Positions 50,639-60,177 of a stretch of DNA of 64,000 nt are shown here, piece by piece. Source of the DNA: Patescibacteria group bacterium. GTDB taxonomy: Bacteria; Patescibacteriota; Patescibacteriia; Magasanikbacterales; GWA2-37-8. The notes beneath the pieces were generated by a model that had not been told where the DNA came from, ran no database searches, and worked only from the letters and a program-made list of their open reading frames with translations. The stretch's first letter is position 1; the number at the start of each line of letters is the position of its first letter. Where the stretch lies: NCBI GenBank assembly GCA_004321885.1, contig SCQK01000014.1:64001-128000 (forward strand). The letters run 5' to 3'. The position numbers and the translations under genes are program-made.

Positions 50639-53515
50639 ATGCCTAAGAGAAAAAAGAGGGATAGACGCGTAAGGTACGCGTTTTTGGCGATAGTTTTGTG
50701 TTTGGCCGCGGGCGGTGCCGGCGCGGCCGTGTATTTAACATCAAAGGCCAGTTCGGCGAATTTTAGCGCGCAAATTTACGGCGCGGTTTCGCCGCGATTA
50801 AACGTTATAGACGTGGATTTTTTGCGCGACAATAATTTGAAGTTCACGCAGGACAAAAAAACCAATTTCGTGCGCTCGCTTTCGGCCCTGGGCCAGCCCA
50901 TTCCTTTAAGCAAAGGAAATTTGGTCAGCGACTTGGCGGTCAGCAATCAATTTTTGAAAGACTACGCGCGCTTTTTCGGAGTGGGCGACAGCAAACAACT
51001 CATACTGCATTCGTCCAAGAAAGACGAGCTGGGGCTAAGTCACATAAAATACCAGCAAAAAATCGGCGGGGTGCCGGTGTTTGGCGCACAGATGCTGGTG
51101 CACGTAAAAGAGGACCTGTCCGTCAATTCAGCGGCCGGCAAACTATTGGCCAATGTTTCCATCAATACCAATCCCAAAATCACGGGGCGCGCGGCCGGCG
51201 ACGCGGTGAAGCGTTCGTGGCAAAAGAGCGACAAGGCGCCCAAAGTTTCGGCGGGCAAGCTGTATATTTTCAACAAGAACCTTTTGGACGCTCGGTTTGA
51301 AAATAAAAATCATCTAACCTGGGAGATAAAGGCCGTGGACGCGGATTCGGGCTTTTCCGAAACCTATTACATAGACGCAACCAGCGGAGCAATTTTGCAG
51401 AAAATTTCCAATGTCAAACAGATTAGCCGTCGGATTTTTAATTGCGGCAACAATCGCAACCGTACTACCTGCCGAAACATGCTGGGCGCCGCGGCCAGCC
51501 GGGCGCAAAACGACCGGGCCGAGGGCTGGGCCGCCGCGGGCGTGGCCGAGGTTGACAACGTCTATCAAATGATGAACCAGGCGCATAATTATTTTCAAAA
51601 CACCTTTGGCATAGACGGCGCCAACGGCCGCGACGGCATTGGCGACAACACCGACGGCCATCCGCGCACCTCCACCGACGTTTATGCTGATTGGCTTATC
51701 CCCGCCAGCTGGGGTTTTAATTGTCCCAATTCTTTCTTTTTCGAAAACAAGCTGATGTTCTGCAACAACACGGTCAATCTGCCGGTGGTGGGACACGAAT
51801 ACATGCACGGCGTGGCGCACTTCAACGGCCCGCCCCTCACTTACGCCTACGAGTCCGGCGCCATTGAAGAGGCCAATGCCGACATCTTTGGCCAGGCCCT
51901 GGAAAATGCCGTGACCGGCTCTTCCAGCTGGCGCATCGGCCCCACTGGCGGAAATCTGTGGCGCAATATCGTCAATCCCGCTTCGCTCAATGACCCGGAC
52001 CGGTTTTACAGCAACAATTTTTATTGCGGAGATAATGACGAGGGCGGGGTGCACAACAATTCCAATGTCATTTCACACGCCGCGTATTTGCTTGCCACCG
52101 GCGGCAGTTTCAACGGCTGTTCCATAGACAGCATCGGCCAAAACAGAATGGAAAGAATTTTCTACCGCGCCCTGACAGTTTACCTCACGGCCAGTTCGGA
52201 TTTCAATGATTTGTACGACGCGCTGGACAATGCCTGCGGCGACCTGTATTCCGACGCGATTTGCGCGCAAGTGCGCCGCGCCTTGCAGGCCGCGGAAATA
52301 GACCAGCCCGGGCGATGCAGCGGCACAGCGGCCGCGCCCAAGCCAACCTGTTTTCCGCCGTATATTCTTTCGGTGTCGGCGAATGCCGGGCATTATCGGG
52401 CCAATCAAAGTATTACATTGAGGTTTAAGTTTTCCAAGCCCGTGCGCACGGCCGGCGCCGTGGATGTGTTCGCGGTCTTAAACGGCCGCACGGCCGAAAA
52501 AATTTGCTCCCTTGATTTGAGCTCGCGCGCCGACGACGTGTCATGCTCGTTTAAGGTAAATGACGGCGACAGCGGCCGTCTGCGCGTGGACAGAATTGAG
52601 TGGGATGTCAAGAGGCCGATTTTGGACGCTGATTCAAGCGAGCTTACCGATATGGTGCCGGCCGAGCAGTTTCCCAAGGGCGACGTGATTATAGACACCG
52701 CCAAGCCAACCGGAAGCGTTACCATCAATAGCGGGGCTAAAACCACGGCCAGCCATATAGTGGAGCTGGCGCTAAGTTCAAACGACGACAAAGCCGGGTT
52801 GCTATACCGCGTTTCCAACAACGGCGTCAGTTACAGCCGTTGGGATGATTTTGCGGCAACGACGTCGTGGAATTTGTACAACGCGGACGCGGGCGGCGGG
52901 GTGTTTCCCACCACCAACAGTGGATATCCGCGCACGGTTTATGTTCAGTTCAAAGACCAGGCCGGCAATGTTTCCGACACGTATTCGGCCAATATCACCT
53001 TTAGCCGGCTGACGATTTTAATAGAAGAGCCGGCGCAACTTGCGGTTCCAACTTCATCACAGCCGAATGGCGCGAATCTCCTACTCAATATTCCCCCCAG
53101 CGCCCTGACCATCCCCGGCGTCAATGTTACAGTTACGCAGACAAGCGCGGTGGTTCTGCCGCAGATTTCCACGACCACTGTCAATTTGAATCCGGCGATT
53201 TCTTCTTCGCTTATTGATGTTGTCAGTGTTCCGGATTTCACGATTTCCGTAAAGCAGGGCGGGCTGACAACATATTTGAGCGGCGCCATAAATTATTGGG
53301 GCAAGGGGGCAAAATGCGAGGGCCCGCGAACTTATGACGCGGTAGTAGCGAACTGGGGCGATGGCGCATCAGCCAAGCCCGCGCGCAAGGATAAAACATT
53401 CTATGCTTCGCATACTTACGCCAAGACCTTTGGCTCGTACAAGATTTTGGTAAAGGTTTACAACAGTTGCGGTGGCAGCGCGAGCAAATCTTTGTACGTA
53501 AAGCCGCAGATATAA
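50639..53515 (+). CDS. M4 family (thermolysin-like) zinc metalloprotease with N-terminal propeptide and C-terminal extension domains
   Basis: HEXXH VVGHEYMHGVAH plus downstream GAIEEANADIFG (third Zn ligand Glu). Signal anchor. 958 aa. Confidence 0.85.
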   Translation: MPKRKKRDRRVRYAFLAIVLCLAAGGAGAAVYLTSKASSANFSAQIYGAVSPRLNVIDVDFLRDNNLKFTQDKKTNFVRSLSALGQPIPLSKGNLVSDLAVSNQFLKDYARFFGVGDSKQLILHSSKKDELGLSHIKYQQKIGGVPVFGAQMLVHVKEDLSVNSAAGKLLANVSINTNPKITGRAAGDAVKRSWQKSDKAPKVSAGKLYIFNKNLLDARFENKNHLTWEIKAVDADSGFSETYYIDATSGAILQKISNVKQISRRIFNCGNNRNRTTCRNMLGAAASRAQNDRAEGWAAAGVAEVDNVYQMMNQAHNYFQNTFGIDGANGRDGIGDNTDGHPRTSTDVYADWLIPASWGFNCPNSFFFENKLMFCNNTVNLPVVGHEYMHGVAHFNGPPLTYAYESGAIEEANADIFGQALENAVTGSSSWRIGPTGGNLWRNIVNPASLNDPDRFYSNNFYCGDNDEGGVHNNSNVISHAAYLLATGGSFNGCSIDSIGQNRMERIFYRALTVYLTASSDFNDLYDALDNACGDLYSDAICAQVRRALQAAEIDQPGRCSGTAAAPKPTCFPPYILSVSANAGHYRANQSITLRFKFSKPVRTAGAVDVFAVLNGRTAEKICSLDLSSRADDVSCSFKVNDGDSGRLRVDRIEWDVKRPILDADSSELTDMVPAEQFPKGDVIIDTAKPTGSVTINSGAKTTASHIVELALSSNDDKAGLLYRVSNNGVSYSRWDDFAATTSWNLYNADAGGGVFPTTNSGYPRTVYVQFKDQAGNVSDTYSANITFSRLTILIEEPAQLAVPTSSQPNGANLLLNIPPSALTIPGVNVTVTQTSAVVLPQISTTTVNLNPAISSSLIDVVSVPDFTISVKQGGLTTYLSGAINYWGKGAKCEGPRTYDAVVANWGDGASAKPARKDKTFYASHTYAKTFGSYKILVKVYNSCGGSASKSLYVKPQI

Positions 53516-53626
53516 CGAGTAAAAAAACAAGGCCTTGGGATAATCCCCAAGGCCTTTTGGTTGTGCCTGCCCGTGGCAGGCAGGGGCCGCCCCGCGTGAA
53601 GAAGCGGGGCGGCCATGAGGCGCTGG
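53516..53626. terminator. bidirectional terminator hairpin cluster between convergent genes
   Basis: AAGGCCTTGGGATAATCCCCAAGGCCTTTT, GCCTGCCCGTGGCAGGCAGG and GGCCGCCCCGCGTGAAGAAGCGGGGCGGCC. Confidence 0.55.
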
Positions 53627-54319
53627 TCAGGTACAACCCGGGATCGGGTTGTTTTTGCACCCGATGCTGGGAATGCACTCGTTGGTGGTGCAGGCATTCC
53701 CATCATCGCAGAAGTCCGGACAAGAGCCGCAACTTCCGGCGATACTGGTCCAGGTGCAAAATCCGTTGACGCACCCGACTTGGGTACACCCCACGTAGTA
53801 GTTGACGCATGGGGTCGTCGGGAGCGAACAAGCGACCTTGGCGCAAGCGCCTGACACACAGTGCAGCCCCTTGTTACAGAAGCTGTTGTTGCCGCTACAC
53901 TTGCCGCTGGGCAGGCAGTTGTAGCACCGCGCGCCCTCGGAGCCCTGGGCCGGCTGGACATCGGGCTTGACCACGATGCTGTCCGGCGGCGGTTTCTTGT
54001 CTGGCGCCGGCTTGTCCGGCAGTGGCTTAGTGTCGTGCGTCGGCTTGGTGTCTGGCGTGCCCTTGTCCGGGCCAAGGTCCGCGCCCAGCTCGCGGCCTGC
54101 TTCACGCTTCGGCGTGAACGCGTCAGCCGCCATGTCGGGCATGCCGCCCTCCACGCTGGCTGCGCTGTCTTGCCAGCTGTCAGCGACAGCGGCGTCAATG
54201 CCGCTGTCCAGCCGGTTCTTGTCGGCCTGGGCGTCCACCGACGCCGCCGGGTTGTAGCCAAAGAGCAGGTGGCACCCGCCGGCGCCCAGCGCCAGCATTG
54301 CGATGAAAAGAGCCTTCAT
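53627..54319 (-). CDS. cysteine-rich secreted lipoprotein (Cys-rich repeat modules), GC-rich
   Basis: Lipobox MLALGAGGC. Pro/Asp/Lys-rich linker. Repeated CxxCxxGxC / DGNACTTNEC modules. Local GC is markedly higher than the flanks. Confidence 0.55.
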   Translation of the reverse strand: MKALFIAMLALGAGGCHLLFGYNPAASVDAQADKNRLDSGIDAAVADSWQDSAASVEGGMPDMAADAFTPKREAGRELGADLGPDKGTPDTKPTHDTKPLPDKPAPDKKPPPDSIVVKPDVQPAQGSEGARCYNCLPSGKCSGNNSFCNKGLHCVSGACAKVACSLPTTPCVNYYVGCTQVGCVNGFCTWTSIAGSCGSCPDFCDDGNACTTNECIPSIGCKNNPIPGCT

Positions 54320-54490
54320 GTTCTCTCCTTTTCTTGAAGCGCCCTATCCATAAGGACGCTTGTTTGTTTTTGTCAAGTTTTGCCTATTTTGGCCAAAACT
54401 CGGGCGTATCATATCTTGCGCCTGGCCAAAAAACAAGCAGAACCTATTATTTAATACACAAAAAGCGAGAGTTGTCAACCTTGCGCCAAT

Positions 54491-55093
54491 ATGGTAAATA
54501 TGGTAAAATTGTTGGCGATGGATTCCGGCTCGGGGGCCGGAATGACACGACTGGTTATGTTTGAAAAAATTGTTCAGTTGGATAAATATCTAAATCAGGA
54601 GTTCGTCGGTTCCGGCGGAAAATTTTTGCAGGGATTGGGAATTTTTATTGATTCGGCTTCGGGCATGGTTGTTTTTGGCGTCATCGGCCTAATCGCGGCG
54701 CTGTATTTTTGCAAAACAAAAAAATGGCGCGAGCTGGCCTTGTTTTTCGCGGCCGGGGCCGGCGCGGTTTTTTGGGAATTATTTTTGAAATGGGTTTTTG
54801 GCCGGCCGCGCCCGGGCGCGCTGTCGCCGACCGATGGTTTTAGTTTCCCCAGCGGGCACGCGACTGTTTCCCTGGCTGTCTTTGGCGCTATAATATATTT
54901 GTTTGCTCCGCGCATAAAAAATAAAAATTGGCGCAAGATTTTTATCGGCGCTTGCGCTCTGTTTATTCTTCTCATCGGCGTCAGCCGCGTGTATCTGGGG
55001 GTGCATTGGTTTAGCGATGTAGTGGCCGGCTTTGCTCTCGGTTTAGTTTGGCTTTGGCTGGTAATTTTTGGCTTCAAACGATTTTGGCGATAG
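54491..55093 (+). CDS. PAP2-family phosphatase (undecaprenyl-diphosphatase / phosphatidic acid phosphatase type 2)
   Basis: PAP2 motifs KWVFGRPRP, PSGHAT, SRVYLGVHWFSDVVAG. Confidence 0.75.
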   Translation: MVNMVKLLAMDSGSGAGMTRLVMFEKIVQLDKYLNQEFVGSGGKFLQGLGIFIDSASGMVVFGVIGLIAALYFCKTKKWRELALFFAAGAGAVFWELFLKWVFGRPRPGALSPTDGFSFPSGHATVSLAVFGAIIYLFAPRIKNKNWRKIFIGACALFILLIGVSRVYLGVHWFSDVVAGFALGLVWLWLVIFGFKRFWR

Positions 55094-55098
55094 TGATA

Positions 55099-55144
55099 CC
55101 CCTCCCTTTAACCCTCCCCTTAATAAGGGGAGGGAGGGGTGGGG
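55099..55144. repeat. family-A palindromic repeats (tandem), intergenic
   Basis: CCCCTCCCTTTAACCCTCCCCTTAATAAGGGGAGGGAGGGGTGGGG. Confidence 0.65.
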
Positions 55145-55182
55145 TTTGCTTTTTTAGGTTCGCGAGTATATTATAAAAATGT

Positions 55183-56292
55183 ATGGACGAGCAATTTTCC
55201 TACAAATTTTTTAATACCACCAGGACGGCCTGGGACGCGATGTACGCCGCCATTTCCCGCGCCCAAAAATCCATTTATTGGGAGGTGTATATTTTTGTTG
55301 ACGATGCTTCGGGCGCGCGCTTCGTGGATTTGCTTTGCGAAAAAGCCCGGGCCGGTCTGGACGTAAAAATCGTGGTGGACGCGCTGGGTAGCAAAGGGCT
55401 TTCCAACTCGGGCATCAAGCGCCTGAAATCCAGCGGCGCGAAAGTGCTGGCGTTTCACCGCCTGGCGCCGGATTTTAATTTGCGCGGCTGGTGGAACGAT
55501 GTCTGGCGCCGCACCCACCGCAAGGTGCTTATCATAGACAGCGCCGAGGCGTTTATCGGCGGGGTGAACGTGGAGCACGGCTCGGCCGAATGGGACGACC
55601 TGCTCTTGGAGCTGTCCGGAGAAAAAATCATCCGGCCGCTGGCGCGCGGATTCGCCAAAAGTTATTTGCGTTCGGGCGGGGAGCGCAAAGACGTGCGCGA
55701 ACTGCTGCACCCCAAAATCACGCGCGGCCTGGAAGAGTGGCGCGAGAAAATAAATTTTATTTTGCACTCGCCGGTAAAAGTAACGCGCCATTCGCCCCTG
55801 CAGAATTTTTACGCCAAGGCCCTGGGGGTGGCCAAAGAAAGTTTTAATTTGCTCACGCCCTACTACGCGCCGGACCGGAATTTTTTGGAGCTGGTGTCGC
55901 GCGCGCGCAAGCGGGGAGTGAAAGTAAATATCATTATGCCCTGGCGCACCGACGTGAAGCTGATGGAATATATGGCGCGCGCCCTGTATGGGGTTTCGGA
56001 AAAAGCCGGCGCCGCCTTTCATTTTTTGCGCAAAATGAATCACGGCAAGGCTGTTAGTGTTGACAGCGCCCTGGGCATGGTAGGCAGCGCCAATCTCACC
56101 CCGCGCAGTTTATTTATGAACCAGGAAGCGGGCGTGGTTTTTTCCGATGCCAAAATGGTGGACGAACTCAACCATATTTTGGACGACTGGAAAAGCCAGG
56201 CCGACCCGCTTTTGGAAGTGGGTTTCAAAAAGCGCGGCTGGGCCAAGCGGTTTAAGGATTGGTGGGTAAAAAGATTACGCGATTATGTCTAA
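55183..56292 (+). CDS. phospholipase D / cardiolipin synthase family protein
   Basis: Two HKD motifs: HRKVLIIDSAEAFIGGVN and HGKAVSVDSALGMVGSANL. Confidence 0.85.
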   Translation: MDEQFSYKFFNTTRTAWDAMYAAISRAQKSIYWEVYIFVDDASGARFVDLLCEKARAGLDVKIVVDALGSKGLSNSGIKRLKSSGAKVLAFHRLAPDFNLRGWWNDVWRRTHRKVLIIDSAEAFIGGVNVEHGSAEWDDLLLELSGEKIIRPLARGFAKSYLRSGGERKDVRELLHPKITRGLEEWREKINFILHSPVKVTRHSPLQNFYAKALGVAKESFNLLTPYYAPDRNFLELVSRARKRGVKVNIIMPWRTDVKLMEYMARALYGVSEKAGAAFHFLRKMNHGKAVSVDSALGMVGSANLTPRSLFMNQEAGVVFSDAKMVDELNHILDDWKSQADPLLEVGFKKRGWAKRFKDWWVKRLRDYV

Positions 56293-57502
56293 CGCGCCTT
56301 TGGCCGACCGCCTGCGCCCGCGCGATTTTTCCGAATTCGCGGGACAGTCGGAAATCGTCGGCCCGGACAAATTACTGCGCAAGCTGATAGAAAACGACGA
56401 GCTGTCGTCAATTATTTTTTGGGGCCCGCCGGGCACGGGCAAGACCACGTTGGCGCGCATTATCGCCGGCGAAACCGCGGCGCGATTTGAAATGCTCTCG
56501 GCTGTGATGAGCGGCAAAGAGGAACTGCGCCGGATAATCGCCGAGGCGAAAAAATTGCTGGAGCAGGAAAAGCGCACCGTGCTGTTTGTGGATGAAATCC
56601 ATCGTTGGAACAAGGCCCAGCAGGACGCGCTGCTGCCTTTCGTGGAAAACGGCACGATTATTTTAATCGGCGCCACGACCGAAAATCCGTCTTTTGAAAT
56701 CATCGGCGCCCTCTTGTCGCGCTCGCGCGTTTTTATTTTGAAACATTTAAGTCGAGGGGATATAATAAAGATAATTGAACGGGCTCTAACCGACGAAGAC
56801 AGGGGATTGGGTAGATTAAAAATAAAAATGCCGGACGAGACGAAGGAATTACTGGCCGAGCTGTCGGGCGGCGATGCGCGCGTGGCCCTAAACGGTTTGG
56901 AGCTGGCGGCCAAGGCGATGGGGAATAAAAAATCCATTCTCGGCGAGGACATCAAAGAAGCCCTGCAACGCACGCATCTCATTTTTGACAAAAGGGGAGA
57001 GGAGTTTTACAATTTAATATCAGCCCTGCACAAATCCATGCGCGGGTCTGACGCCAACGCGGCGTTGTACTGGCTGGCGCGCATGCTGGAAGGCGGGGCC
57101 GATCCGCTCTACGTGGCGCGCCGGGTACTACGTTTTGCCAGCGAAGACATTGGCATGGCCAACAGCGAAGCCCTGGTGCAGGCCAATGCGGCCTATGACG
57201 CCTGCCACAAAATCGGCATGCCAGAGTGCGCGGTGCATCTGGCCCAGGCCGTTGTTTATTGCGCCAAGTCCACAAAATCAAATTTGCTCTATGTCGGTTA
57301 CGGACGGGCGGCGTCTGACGCGCGCCAGACATCGCATTTGGGCGTGCCCCTGCACTTGCGCAACGCCCCCACTGATTTTATGAAAGATATCGGTTACGGC
57401 AAGGATTATAAATATTCCCCCGAATTCGACTATAAAGAAAAGCAGGAGTATATGCCGAAAGAATTAAAGGGGAGAAATTATTTAAAATTCAATTCCCAAT
57501 GA
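56285..57502 (+). CDS. rarA: replication-associated recombination protein A (AAA+ ATPase RarA/MgsA)
   Basis: Walker [10 protein letters not shown], Walker B LFVDEIHR, and the C-terminal MgsA helical domain. Confidence 0.9.
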   Translation: MSNAPLADRLRPRDFSEFAGQSEIVGPDKLLRKLIENDELSSIIFWGPPGTGKTTLARIIAGETAARFEMLSAVMSGKEELRRIIAEAKKLLEQEKRTVLFVDEIHRWNKAQQDALLPFVENGTIILIGATTENPSFEIIGALLSRSRVFILKHLSRGDIIKIIERALTDEDRGLGRLKIKMPDETKELLAELSGGDARVALNGLELAAKAMGNKKSILGEDIKEALQRTHLIFDKRGEEFYNLISALHKSMRGSDANAALYWLARMLEGGADPLYVARRVLRFASEDIGMANSEALVQANAAYDACHKIGMPECAVHLAQAVVYCAKSTKSNLLYVGYGRAASDARQTSHLGVPLHLRNAPTDFMKDIGYGKDYKYSPEFDYKEKQEYMPKELKGRNYLKFNSQ

Positions 57503-57580
57503 CCAATGTCCAATCAATTTCCAAGTTTCAATGTTCAAAACGGACATTGGAAATTGTGATTTGGAAATTTAAAAAATTTT

Positions 57581-58132
57581 ATGTCAATAAAATTTTTATT
57601 ACATGCCTGCTGCGCGCCGTGCAGTATCGCGGTGATAGATGAGCTGAAATCAAAGTTCGTTTTGACCGTGTTTTTTTACAATCCCAACATCCATCCGGAA
57701 GAAGAATACAAAAAAAGAAAAGCCGAATTGGTGAAAGTTTGTAAAGAATGGGGCGTGCCGATGGTGGACATGGATTACGACGCAGACCGGTGGCACAAGA
57801 TCGTGGGTGAAGGCCTGTCTGCCGAGGGCGAGGGCGGCACGCGCTGTTTCTTGTGTTTCAAATTTCGTTTAGCCAAGGTGGCCGATTATGCCGCCAAAAA
57901 CTGTTTTCAGTATTTCGGCACCTCGCTTTCCAGCGGCCGCAATAAAAACGCCGAGGTAATAAACGACGTTGGCCGGTCTTTCGCGGCGCATTATAAAATA
58001 AAATACTACGCCGCTGATTGGAAAAAAGGCGGACGGCAGGAAAAGGCGCGCCAGATGGCGGCCGAGCGGGGGATTTACCGCCAGGATTATTGCGGCTGTG
58101 TTTATTCTTTTCGCGACAAGCGCGAGGAATAG
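57581..58132 (+). CDS. queH: epoxyqueuosine reductase QueH (DUF208)
   Basis: LLHACCAPCS N-terminal motif and downstream Cys cluster (CFLCFKFR...CGC). Confidence 0.8.
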   Translation: MSIKFLLHACCAPCSIAVIDELKSKFVLTVFFYNPNIHPEEEYKKRKAELVKVCKEWGVPMVDMDYDADRWHKIVGEGLSAEGEGGTRCFLCFKFRLAKVADYAAKNCFQYFGTSLSSGRNKNAEVINDVGRSFAAHYKIKYYAADWKKGGRQEKARQMAAERGIYRQDYCGCVYSFRDKREE

Positions 58133-58153
58133 GCGTGCGCCCTCCTCCCCCTT

Positions 58154-58708
58154 TTAGAGCCTGTCCCGAACTTGTTTCGGGAGGGAGGATAGAGGAGGGA
58201 GTATGTGTATTTTTCTCTTGTTCCCTCCCGCGTATTCAATTCTGACGGTTATTATTTTCGGCCCTTGGCCGATATTTTTCAAAAGCTCTTTTATTTTCTC
58301 CGGCCACTCAATCGCGCAAATCGTATCCGGCCTGCCCAAATAATCCAGCGCGCCGATTTCCACAAGTTCGTGCTCATTTTTTAGCCGGTAGGTATCTATA
58401 TGGACGAATTTTTGTGTCCCCCTGCCCCCACACCAAAATTTTTGGTGTGGGGGCCTGCCCGAGGGGGACTTTGAGGGGGGTGGGAGCAAGTACACATTCA
58501 TCAACGCGAACGTCGGACTGGTAATTTTTTCTTTGACGCCCAAGCCGGCGGCAATGCCTTTCACCAATGCAGTTTTGCCCGCGCCCAGTTCGCCGTAAAG
58601 CAATAAAATATCGCCGCCGCGCAATTTTCGCGCCAAAGCCGCGCCAAACGCAAATGTTTCTTTTTCGTTTTTCGTGATAATTTTTTGATTGTTTTGACGG
58701 GTTGACAT
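58154..58708 (-). CDS. tsaE: tRNA threonylcarbamoyladenosine biosynthesis protein TsaE
   Basis: P-loop GELGAGKT and SPTF motif. ATG at 58706-58708. Contains a ~35-aa in-frame repeat-encoded insert (58415..58485). Confidence 0.8.
   Translation of the reverse strand: MSTRQNNQKIITKNEKETFAFGAALARKLRGGDILLLYGELGAGKTALVKGIAAGLGVKEKITSPTFALMNVYLLPPPSKSPSGRPPHQKFWCGGRGTQKFVHIDTYRLKNEHELVEIGALDYLGRPDTICAIEWPEKIKELLKNIGQGPKIITVRIEYAGGNKRKIHILPPLSSLPKQVRDRL
58424..58454. repeat. family-B palindromic repeat in-frame within tsaE (GCCCCCACACCAAAATTTTTGGTGTGGGGGC)
   Basis: Encodes PPHQKFWCGG within TsaE. Perfect 14-bp arms. Confidence 0.7.
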
Positions 58709-58982
58709 AGAAAAGCGATTACCTGTAATATATAGATGGTGGGCGCGGAGCGGCGGAAAAAATGTTCTACAACTTTTTTTCATAGGTTCGCCAATATCTG
58801 TTTGGCCCTTGGGTCAAACGTGCGGCTTACCACCTACTATCACGGGACACGTGACGCCGCTTGCGCGCTTAACCCTTTTTTGATTTTACAGTAAAACTGA
58901 AAAAAAGCAACGGGTTATACTGCGTATAGCCCGTTCTCGCTCGGAAACGCAAAATTAAAATTTTGCGTTTCGCTCGCTCGAA

Positions 58983-59055
58983 CGGGCTATAGCGAAGTTG
59001 GTATCGCGCATGCATGGGGTGCATGAGACCGTGGGTTCAAGTCCCACTAGCCCGA
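58983..59055 (+). tRNA. tRNA-Pro(GGG)
   Basis: Acceptor CGGGCUA/UAGCCCG, D-arm GCG-AAGUUGGUA-UCGC, anticodon stem CAUGC/GCAUG with loop AUGGGGU, T-arm GUGGG-UUCAAGU-CCCAC, discriminator A. Confidence 0.8.
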
Positions 59056-59062
59056 CTAACAC

Positions 59063-59094
59063 AAACTACTCCGCCCGGGCGGAGTAGTTTTTTG
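59063..59094 (+). terminator. intrinsic terminator after tRNA-Pro(GGG)
   Basis: AAACTACTCCGCCCGGGCGGAGTAGTTTTTT. Confidence 0.65.
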
Positions 59095-59097
59095 CTA

Positions 59098-59132
59098 CTG
59101 GATTCCGGTCGCCTGCGACGACCGGAATGACA
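59098..59132. repeat. family-D palindromic element (inverted orientation)
   Basis: CTGGATTCCGGTCGCCTGCGACGACCGGAATGACA. Confidence 0.7.
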
Positions 59133-59136
59133 ATTT

Positions 59137-59667
59137 TTACTCAATGCAACAGTCAATCGCTTTTTTGACCAGCGTGCGCAAACGGCCCATCAGCCCGGCC
59201 TTTTCCTCGTCGTGCCGGTTGAGAGCGTTGTCGTCTATCTTTTTAATGTCGTCGGTTTTTATCAATTTCATGTTCACGCCCCAAAACAGCGAATACAAAT
59301 CATAAGCCTTTTGAAACAAATCGCGCGCCTCGTCTTTTTTGCCCATGCCCATTTGCTTGGCGCCCACTTCCATCAGGCGCATGCTGGCGGCCAGCAAATG
59401 TTTGGAAATGCACCAGACTTCGCCTTCGTATTCTTTTATAATTTTTCGCAAAAGTTCTCCCCTTATCTGCCGCACTTCTTGAAGCAAATCATAATATTCG
59501 GGCTTGCCGGTTTTGGCGCCGGTAAAGAAAAAATGCTCTTCAATGCTAATCAGGTTCATGATGGCGATGGACAAATCCTGGTCCGAAGACAAATCCAGCT
59601 TGTCCTGTTTTTTCATGCCGTCAACTTTTTTGACGAGCTCGTCCAAATTTTGAATGGGATTGTCCAT
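59137..59667 (-). CDS. hypothetical protein
   Basis: 176 aa, alpha-helical. No recognised motif. Confidence 0.45.
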   Translation of the reverse strand: MDNPIQNLDELVKKVDGMKKQDKLDLSSDQDLSIAIMNLISIEEHFFFTGAKTGKPEYYDLLQEVRQIRGELLRKIIKEYEGEVWCISKHLLAASMRLMEVGAKQMGMGKKDEARDLFQKAYDLYSLFWGVNMKLIKTDDIKKIDDNALNRHDEEKAGLMGRLRTLVKKAIDCCIE

Positions 59668-59670
59668 AAT

Positions 59671-60177
59671 TTAACGTGTTATAAAATAAAACAGCGCGCT
59701 GAGGGCGACCAGCGGCCCCACGGACAGCGCTATTTTTTCAAAGGGAAAATGCGCGTGCCCGTTGTTTTTAGTTTTGAGATAAAAATATAAATTGGCGCCG
59801 GCGTAAAATACCACACTGCCGATGATGATGCCGAGCAGTAGTTTGTCCATGCCCCACAGGGTATTGTATGGATGTCCTATGACATTCATCCAGAACAGGG
59901 GAACAATGGTGAGGCCATAATAAACAATCGCGAAAACAATGCCGCTTAATTTGAAGTTTTTGCCTTTTTTGATAAGCCAGTTTTTTGTCCACATTGTCAG
60001 CGCGGCCAGCAGGCCGCCCACCCACAAGCCGGTAATGGCATCATCCACGCCCAGCCAGCGCGACAGCCCCACGCCCGCCCCCACGGCCACGGCGCAGACA
60101 GGGCACACTGCTTTGGCCGGAGCCGCGGCGGCAAGAATGACGAGGATACTAATTAGCGACGTTTTTTTGTTTAACAT
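59671..60177 (-). CDS. hypothetical polytopic membrane protein with N-terminal CPVC motif
   Basis: Four or five predicted TMs. CPVCAV lies in the first TM. Confidence 0.45.
   Translation of the reverse strand: MLNKKTSLISILVILAAAAPAKAVCPVCAVAVGAGVGLSRWLGVDDAITGLWVGGLLAALTMWTKNWLIKKGKNFKLSGIVFAIVYYGLTIVPLFWMNVIGHPYNTLWGMDKLLLGIIIGSVVFYAGANLYFYLKTKNNGHAHFPFEKIALSVGPLVALSALFYFITR

Noticed and set aside
51314-52054. 246-aa minus-strand ORF
   Set aside because: Antisense within the M4 metalloprotease gene.
53458-54261. 267-aa Arg/Thr-rich minus-strand ORF, plus plus-strand ORFs 53861..54337 and 53967..54257
   Set aside because: These are alternative frames of the same GC-rich segment. The 53627..54319 frame is preferred because it has a lipoprotein signal peptide and regular Cys-repeat modules.
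55171-56043. 290-aa minus-strand ORF
   Set aside because: Antisense to the phospholipase D gene, which has two canonical HKD motifs.
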